A stretch of 64,000 nt of DNA from Octopus vulgaris. Lineage: Eukaryota. Shown in pieces: positions 55,064-64,000 of the stretch. Position 1 is the stretch's first letter. Every line of letters starts with the position of its first letter. The translations under genes and the position numbers were made by a program. The notes under the pieces are model-generated. The model saw only the letters and a list, made by a program, of their open reading frames with translations. It did not search any database and was not told the DNA's origin. The DNA lies in assembly GCA_951406725.2 (NCBI GenBank), contig OX597817.1, forward strand, positions 153,946,001-154,010,000, read 5' to 3'.

Positions 55064-55382
55064 GAGGGCGTGTGGCTTAGTGGTTAGGGCATTCGGCTCA
55101 TGATCGTAAGGTTGTGAGTTCGATTCCCAGCGACGCGTTGTGTCCCTGAGCAAGACACTTTATTTCACGTTGCTCCAGTCCACTCAGCTGGCAAAAATGA
55201 GTTGTACTTGTATTTCAAAGGGTCAGCCTTGTCACTCTCTGTGTCACGCTGATTTTCCCCGAGAACTACGTTAAGGGTACACGTGTCTGTGGAATGCTCA
55301 GCCATTTGCACGTTAATTTCACGAGCAAGCTGTTCCGTTGATCGTATCAGCTGGGACCCTCGTCGTCGTAACCGGCGGAGTC
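55064..55382 (+). mobile_element. SINE related to family A (different head, same 3' half; relatives at 21481-21938 and 28326-28578, minus strand)
   Basis: tRNA-like head GGCGTGTGGCTTAGTGG...GAGTTCGATTCC; 3' GTCGTCGTAACCG tail shared with family A. Confidence 0.8.
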
Positions 55383-56031
55383 TTTAAATATATGTGCATG
55401 CATCTTTGTGTTTATCCGCCACTACCGCTTGACAAACGGTGTTGCTTTGATTACGTCCCCGTAACTTAGCGGTTCAGCAGAAAGCACAATAGAATAACTA
55501 CCATACTTAGGAAATATATATATAAACTGGGGTCCATTTAAACTGAAGCTATAGCAGAAGACACTTTCAAAAAAAAAAAACAACAAAAAAACGTGCAATG
55601 GGACTGAACCCCCAAGACTACACGGTTGCCAAGCAAGCTTCTTGCCCACGCAGCCACGCCTACATGAAAACAAAATAAAATGAATAAAATAACAGAATGA
55701 TTGGATGTGTTGCAGTCCGTGAATTCTAAAAGCCACAAGATATCGCTTCTCTCATACTGCCCGTTATCTTCTACGGCACTGTTTTTTGTTATGCATTTCG
55801 TCAGCTAACATCATCTAAATAGCTTGCAATGTTCGCTGCATCATCTGCACATTTAGATTTCGGTCATTTTGTTTTTTTCTTTTAATATCGTTACTGCATC
55901 TCCTGCTTCCCGCTCTTAAAACTGCAACTGTTGTTATTGCAGTCACAGTTGAGACTACTGTTGCAGCCAGTCTATTATCACTGCTTCTTCTGCTGTTACA
56001 GACAGAAGCTGATGTAGTAGCAGCTTTTTTT

Positions 56032-56062
<31 letters not shown>

Positions 56063-56360
56063 TCTGTTGCTGCTACTGATGCCGTCGCTTCTATGATGCA
56101 ACTACGATACGATTGCTTCTGCTACTGTAGATAATCCCTTGTTCAATACAAAGCAACTTGGGGAAGAAAATATTGTTTCGGAAACGTATTTACATAATTT
56201 CTCTAAATACGCCTTGACGAATGTTAAGCACGTCTAACTTCAGAGTTCTAGTTACGTGCACTAACGCACAAACACACACACACATACACACACACAAGCA
56301 TAAATACACATATACAAGCATAAGCACACAAGCATAAGCACACAAACATATACAAGCATA

Positions 56361-56406
<46 letters not shown>

Positions 56407-56555
56407 CACATATGTAAACAGAAATTCATACCACCATATCTCTCCCGTCCACTATCTTTCTCTTTATCTATGTAATTCTATCTTATTCTCTCTCTCTCTC
56501 TCTCTCTTTATCTATGTATCTATCTATCTATTTTGCCATACAGACATATGCCACA

Positions 56556-56586
<31 letters not shown>

Positions 56587-56624
56587 TACACACATATAAG
56601 TATGTGTGTATGTACGTATATGTA

Positions 56625-56690
<66 letters not shown>

Positions 56691-56826
56691 CGTACATACG
56701 TATATATGTATATATGTATATTGTTGTATTTAGGAATGGTCATTTTGCCAGTTTAGCCAATAAATATATATATATATGTTTATATATATATATATAATTA
56801 TTATAATTATTATATATATAAATATA

Positions 56827-56903
<77 letters not shown>

Positions 56904-59900
56904 GCGTACGTACACTTTGTTCTCTTACACACACACACACACACATACATACATATATGTATGCACTTTTAGAACTATACATATTGAAATCAGTAGACAC
57001 TTTACTAATTTTATGCATGTTTGGGTGACCATATTTTCAAATGCGAGCATGTGTGTGTGCATGCGTGTGTGTGGTCGTGTATGTGAGTGTTTCCGTGTTA
57101 TTTGCTTTGACTGTTTAAGTAATGGTTTCTTACATTGGTACAAGAACAGACCTTTTTACATTTTCGTTTACTGAGAATGAGACTTCACAGTTCTGGCAAG
57201 ACAAAATACAAAGTCAACATCAGTGAGATTCGAACTCAGTATGTAAATAGTTTGACGCCCAAACTATTCTGATAATCAACTGAGAAAAAGTGATAAGTTC
57301 ACAGCTATTAAAAGATATAAAGTAATAATTATAATCCCTTCTGTTAGAGGCACAATGCGTGAAATTTTTAGTGAGGGAGCTAGTCGATCATATTGGCCCC
57401 AGTGCTCAACTGGTACTCATTTTATTGGCCCCGGAAGGATGAAAGGCAAAGTCGACCTCTGCAGAATTTGAACTCGGAATGTAAAGACAGACGAAATGCC
57501 GCTAAGCACTTCGGTGTGCTAATGATTCTGCCAGCCTGCTGCCTAAATAATGATATATTTATCGGCCATACACTCTTTGCCAGATATAGCTATAGGCTGA
57601 AATCTAGAAATCCTATGGCCAAAGTGTCTAATATTTTCAACACTATGATAGGCTTTTCAGCAAGGATTTCAGAAGTGGAATGGTCCACGGCTTCTTTTCA
57701 GTTAAAATCGACACTGTAACTTAATTCCAAAGCTATACAGAAACCCCTCGACTATCGCGGGTGTTGTGATACGTGGAAATCCGCGAAGTAGAAACTGTAC
57801 TGTATATTTTTAAAATTACTTTTATAATTTGTATATATATATTTTATCATAAATGCAAAGCAACACCACGAAGCAATCAATGTGAGCTTAAATAATAAAC
57901 CGTGATAGGTGAACCGCAATAGGTGAACCGCGATAGGTAACTCGCGATATGGCGAGAGATTACTGTATTCATTTTTTAAAAAAATGGTTTATAGAAAGGT
58001 GTAAATCCACTCCAAGTGCTTCTGGTACTTATATTAGGGACTCTCACAAAAACAAAAGGCAAAGTTGACCCAGCTGAAAACAATACTGAGATTACGTGAT
58101 GAATTGGCAGTATCGTTATCGCGTATGACAAACTGTCTTGCGGTTTTTGTTTCAGCCCCCTAATCACGCATAGACCAATTATGTCTCCCATCCTTTCGTA
58201 GTCAATACAATAAAGTACAATACTGGCGAAAGTTTAGTGAAATTGTTAGGGTGTTAGGCTAGATTCTTTGCTGTATTCGTCCCTGCTCTTTGCGTTCTTC
58301 GTTAAGTTCTTAGGTGTTAGACTTAATCCGCTACTCGATTAAACACCACCGCCTGGTCTTGGGATCAGGATTCTATTGCAAGCATATGGATCAGATCTCC
58401 GGTTTGAGGACAACTTTTTCATCCACTTCCTCCTAGATGTATTGGAGTCCTTGATAAAAAATAAAGGGAAATGTGCGAACCTCCAAGACGAAAATATACA
58501 AACAGAAACTTTTAGGGTGAGGTCTAGTCAGATTGCCTTAGGTATCTGCCAGTGAGGGAGGTAATGCTGTCTTACGATTGTTGGAAACAGCATTCAAATC
58601 TCCCTCATATCGACGTTAAATAATGTGGTTTGACACACACCCTAAACAGATTGAATGGCCATGACTGGGATGTTTGACCATAGGCTTACTTTATCTAGAT
58701 TCATTGACGATGATGATAAGATGATATTTTATCGATTCTAGCAGAAATTTTTTTTTTTAACTTAGGCTCAGGGTCAGCAATTCGATCCAGTAATTGACTA
58801 GAGGTTTATATTATCCACGTGGGCGGGATGAACAGCAAAGTTCACCACGATGGGATCTAAAGTCTGAATATAAACTGCTGGAACAAATACTGGAGGATAT
58901 CTTGTCCTACGCTTTAACAGTCTGCCAATTCACCATTCAGTCCAGTAGAAATAATTATTTCAAATTTTGGCTGAAGTCCAGCAAATTGGGGTGAGGTCGA
59001 TTACATTGACCTCAGTATTTGACTGGTACAATATATTTTATCGATATGAAGGGTAAAAGCCAAAGTTGATCTCAGTAGGATTTCAGCTTGGGATCCACTA
59101 CGCATTTTGTCCGTTGGCAGCATCAACGATCCTACCAACTCGCTACCTTTTGCCACACGTGCTAACGATTCCGCCAGCTTGCCGCCTTAATCACCTAACA
59201 AATAATGGTTTTACATTTTGGCCTGTCTCTAGTAATTTTAGGAAGTGGGAGCTAGTCGATTGCATTGATTCTAGAGCTTAGTTTACTTTATCGACTCCCA
59301 AAAGAGTAAAAAGCAAAGTCGACCTCGGCGATATTTAAATCAGAACATAAACAGCCGGAAGAAATGCAGTGAAGCATTTTGTCCAGTGCAGTAAGGATTC
59401 GGCCAGCTCACCGTCTTCTTTACCTAAGAAATAATAATGGGTTCAAATTTTGGCGCAAGGCCAGCAAGTTTAGGGAAGGGGATAAGTCGGTTACCTCAAC
59501 CCCACTGCTCAACAGGTACATATTTTATTTTATTGACCCCGAAGGGTAAAAGGTAAAGTCGGCCTCGTCGGGGTTTGAACATAGAACTTAAAGGCGGACG
59601 AAATATCATTAAGCATTTTGCTCGGCGTGCTAAAGGTTCTACCAGCTTACCGCTTTAACCTTTTATGGAACCCTAGAGGATGAAAGGCAAATTTGACCTC
59701 AAAAAATCTGAATTCAGCACGTAAAGCCGGAAAAATGCCCCGAATGCATATTATCCGGCGTGCTAACGATGCCGCCACCTCGTCGCCTAACGAATAATAA
59801 TAGAATTATTAATTAGACAGGTGAAGTTGTTTGTCGACGAATAGTGAGATATAATCTTAGTATATATTTAGATATGTTACTCAGAAGAATCAATCTTTAC

Positions 59901-60172
59901 ACAAAGACATAGCAAACAACTAATTAATGAATTATAGCATATTTATTTAGGGCAATTGAAAAAAAATCTCTTTAGCTTTAATTGCTACAAAGAGCTGAGG
60001 TCATTCGAGCTCAGCTGCTTTTCTTAATGTACCATTGTCTCTCATCTTCCACTATTTTTTTACGCACCGTATATATCTCCTTACTACAGTATTCACCCGC
60101 CTCTTCACTGTAATAATCAACCGTCTTTGACCTTTACTGACACCGTTGTTTGTCACAAATCTGTAATTTCAG

Positions 60173-60223
60173 ATTATTCTATTGATCTGCCGCCCATACT
60201 GCCAGCCGAACCGGACCATTCCA
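60173..60223 (+). CDS. Orphan internal coding exon (xYSIDLPPILPAEPDHS), host gene not resolved
   Basis: TTTCAG acceptor, GTAAGT donor at 60224, 51 nt phase 1-1, open frame, GC-richer than flanks. Confidence 0.5.
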
Positions 60224-60300
60224 GTAAGTTCAATATTTTTTTCTGTAGTTTCAGCTCAGAGCTGCGACCATGCTGATGCCCCGCCGTTTAAAAATGTGTG

Positions 60301-60420
60301 ACGCTTACAGCACCTGAGTTTCCCAAGCGGTCATCCATCTAAGTATTAACTAAGCTCGACGTTGCTTAACTTCGGTGATCGGACGAGAACCGGTGTTCTC
60401 AAAGTGATATGGCCGTAAGC
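60301..60420 (-). rRNA. 5S rRNA: Dispersed full-length 5S rRNA copy (variant or pseudogene; head of a 5S-LINE-tail chimera)
   Basis: Minus strand reads GCTTACGGCCATATCAC...CCGGTTCTCGTCCGATCACCGAAGTTAAGCAAC...GATGGATGACCGCTTGGGAA...GTGCTGTAAGC; helix I ends pair; intermediate element and box C deviate from the usual consensus. Confidence 0.93.
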
Positions 60421-60712
60421 TATATATACATAGTCTTTCAATACATCATCAGTGATGCACCTGGACACATTATCAGCGATATTTTCTGGGAGCATTGGTT
60501 AGAAGTTTTAACAATCAAACATCTTCAACTCGGTGAGACAGCCATTGTTGAAAAAACCACAGGATGTGTCCAGTTAGTAAAAACCATGGTAGCACAATCC
60601 TTTCCAGGACTCTCACCTCCTGATCCACATTCAGCTGATTGCTTTCCACTTAATGGCCCCTATGATGCCTGCCCAATATGTCGTAGGGTCAGCAGAAGAG
60701 CTAACCCGCAAA

Positions 60713-60759
<47 letters not shown>

Positions 60760-60792
60760 GTGTGTGTGTGTGTGTGTGTAAATATGTATATA

Positions 60793-60919
<127 letters not shown>

Positions 60920-61049
60920 CAGATTGTCTCAGATCTATATAAGCTTAGTGGGTGTGAAGGACCAAGTTGATCTCATTAAATAATATCGGAGTCAACTGTT
61001 ATCAAAAATATATGTAACTCTTACCAACTGTGTTCAGTGCCACTTACTC

Positions 61050-61091
<42 letters not shown>

Positions 61092-61267
61092 CATGGAATC
61101 CATAGAGCTATATTCTCTCCATGTGATCGGCTTGAAAAGCTGTTAAGATATTAAGATAATTTTCTTAACATGAAACCAATAATAGCCTTAATACGCAAAT
61201 AAAGAAATTTTATCCACCAATTTGAGCACCCATTCACGTCATTCGACATTTACGTATGTATGTGTAC

Positions 61268-61326
<59 letters not shown>

Positions 61327-61418
61327 GTGTGTGTGTATATATATTATGTATATATGTGTAAAGTATTAATATTTTCTTATGAAACAATATATGTAAAAAT
61401 GTATATATGTTGTTTTAT

Positions 61419-61475
<57 letters not shown>

Positions 61476-61486
61476 CATACATATAC

Positions 61487-61550
<64 letters not shown>

Positions 61551-61638
61551 CCTATATTTTATATTCATATGAAAGAAGAAAAAGAAAACGGTGATTGGAA
61601 AGTTAATAATTGATAATTATTAACAAGTCAAGCATCAT

Positions 61639-61720
61639 CCCTTACAGCTGTTTCAGTTAATACTCGGTGAATTGATTGAATATTAAATACATATGCCCTG
61701 AGCGTAATATCTTCAGAGGG
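61639..61720 (-). ncRNA. Inverted second copy of the hammerhead-like motif
   Basis: Minus strand CCCT-CTGAAGA-...-GAAAC-AGCT-GTA-AGGG in the left arm of the 61572-61945 inverted repeat. Confidence 0.6.
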
Positions 61721-61793
61721 GAAAAAATATACCCGTTGATGTTTATAATGAACCCATAAACACATATATAAAACATCCGAGGGTATATTTTTC

Positions 61794-61875
61794 CCCTCTG
61801 AAGATATTATGTTCAGGGCACATGTATTTAATATTTAATTAATTCATCGAGTATTAATTGAAACAGCTGTAAGGG
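61794..61875 (+). ncRNA. Type I hammerhead ribozyme-like motif (canonical core, long helix II insert)
   Basis: CCCT-CTGAAGA-[55 nt]-GAAAC-AGCT-GTA-AGGG: helix I CCCU/AGGG, palindromic helix III loop, GUA cleavage triplet. Confidence 0.65.
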
Positions 61876-62305
61876 ATGATGCTTGATTTCTTGTTAATAA
61901 TAAACAATTATTAAATACCCAATCTCCATTTTCTTTCTTTTCTTTTATATATATATATATATAATAATAAATATTGTTACAAATTGAGATACGGGTTGTA
62001 AATGCAACTCTCCATGGGATAAGATATATCCAATATACTGCTAGTGAAGCACCCAATATATATATATTCTGTGTTATTGGTTTCAGTCCAGTCATTATAG
62101 TGGGGCCATGCTGGAGCTCCACCTTAAAGGGTTTTAGTCGAACAAACCGACCACAGGACTTATTCTTTGTAAGCCGAGTACTTATTCTATCGGTTTGTTT
62201 TACCGAACCGCTATGTTACAGAGCGGTATACATACAAACATCAATATGTATCAAGCGATGGTGGCGGAGGGACAAACACAGACACATAGATACATACATA
62301 TATAT

Positions 62306-62338
<33 letters not shown>

Positions 62339-62340
62339 CG

Positions 62341-62434
<94 letters not shown>

Positions 62435-64000
62435 CACACAACGGGCCTCTTTCAGTTTCCGTCTACCAAATCCACTCACAAAGGTGTGGTAGGCCTGAGA
62501 TTGTAGAAGATACTTGCCAAATGTGCCACGCAGTAGAACTGAACCCGGAACCATGTAGTTGGGAAGAAAGTTTCTTACAACACGGTCACGTCTGCGCCTA
62601 TGTACTTGACTATGTACTTCCTAACCACATAGTTCCACGGTTACTTCCTAACCACATAGTTTCGGTTTCAATCTTACTGCGTAACACGTTTGGCAAGTGC
62701 CGCCTACTATAGTCTTGGACTGACCGAAGCCTCGTGAGTGGATTTGGTAGACAGGAACTGAAAATGGCTTGTTGTATATATGTGTGTGTGTATGCGTGTG
62801 TGTGTGTGTGTGTGCTTGCGCGTGCGTGAGTATCTTTGTGTCTGCGTTTGTCCCACACACAAACACACACCACTTGACAACCGGTGTTGGTGTGTTTACA
62901 TCCCCGTAACTTAGCGGTTCGACAATAGAGACAAATAGAGTAAGTACTCGGATCGATATATTCGAGTAAAAAGAAAAAGTTCTTTTGGCGGTGCCCCAGC
63001 ATGGCCGTAGTGGCCGTAGTCTAATGACTAAAAACAAATAGAAAAGATAAAAGAATATATATGTGTGTGTGGTGGGGTGGGGTGTATACATGCGTAAATC
63101 TTTATTTCTCTTCCTCTCTCTCTCTCTCTTTCTCTCCCTCTGATTATAACTATATATCTGTAAGCATATGTTTGTGTATAAATGTAGAGTAAGAGGAAAA
63201 AAAGAGAGACACAGAGAGAAAGAGAGGGAGAGCAACAGAGACGAGTGGAGACACATTACATACACAAGCACCTGTACTTCTGTGTGACAGTCAGTCAGCG
63301 AGTGTGTGTGGACTGTGGTGGGGGGCGAGCGCGCATGTGCATGCATGAGTGTGTATTCATTTGTATATATATGCACACCTGTGTTTTTCTATACGTGCAC
63401 AACTAATAGACATATATACATACGCATATATCTACGTATATGTATATATCTTTTTCTCCCCCTCTTCACCTTCATGTGTCTCCATCACCCCCCGCTTCTC
63501 TTTCATTATCAGTACGACGGTCAAACAGGTACAAACCCTTTAATCATGATAACTGCTTAAAATAACATTGTCCGAATTAAGTGACTGACTCCGTATCGGA
63601 GATTCCCGCTTCGGTAAGGAAGATCAGCATTTCCTTTATTTATTTATTTATTTATTTATTTATTCATTTGTCAAAAGTTAGAACTAGACTCTGATACATA
63701 GGCGAGAAAGAACACATCGTCTTCGCTTAGAAAACAGTAACGATTACATCAATCCATCACCAAGAGAGAACTGCGAAGAAATAGGATAATGACAGTGTAA
63801 ATAATGTGGATTATATATATTACCGCTTGAGATCTGTTGAAAGTTTGCTGTATATGAACAGAAATACGTGAAATAATAAAAGAAATTTGCTTATTTGTTT
63901 TCTACTTTCGCTTTCGGTATAATCTATTTAAAACAAATTTGACGTTTTATAAAATTAAAATATCTATTGATATTTAGTTTCTGTAATTACTGTCTTTCCG

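Noticed and set aside
60409-60715. Non-repetitive N-terminal part of the 177-aa ORF
   Set aside because: No recognisable domain, it starts inside the 5S copy and runs into (TA)n; probably a decayed element fragment.

Overview
Eukaryotic, AT-rich, repeat-saturated animal DNA. The 5S rRNA sequence, SINE types and microsatellite load suggest an octopus/coleoid cephalopod (inference). Most ORFs in the supplied track are microsatellite or SINE artefacts. One gene can be assembled by hand on the + strand from five exons (9394-9426, 18570-18606, 26871-27410, 30430-30441, 38087-38664; 1200 nt CDS, 399 aa). It encodes a secreted protein with a signal peptide, a VWA domain with intact MIDAS, a linker encoded by a 12-nt microexon and a second, MIDAS-degenerate VWA domain. 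An orphan phase-1 exon sits at 60173-60223. The rest is three SINE families, non-autonomous Helitrons, Tc1/mariner/DD41D relics, MITEs, and CR1-, RTE- and Penelope-type retroelement fragments. The most unusual signals are: (i) a set of hammerhead-ribozyme-like motifs, some with variant cores, in inverted-repeat modules lodged in (TA)n tracts; (ii) a full-length 5S rRNA copy fused to the 3' tail of a CR1-type LINE (SINE3-like chimera); (iii) the frame-preserving microexon; (iv) a head-to-tail Helitron dimer; (v) a 106-bp near-perfect local inverted copy in intron 2. All calls are by eye; no database searches were run.
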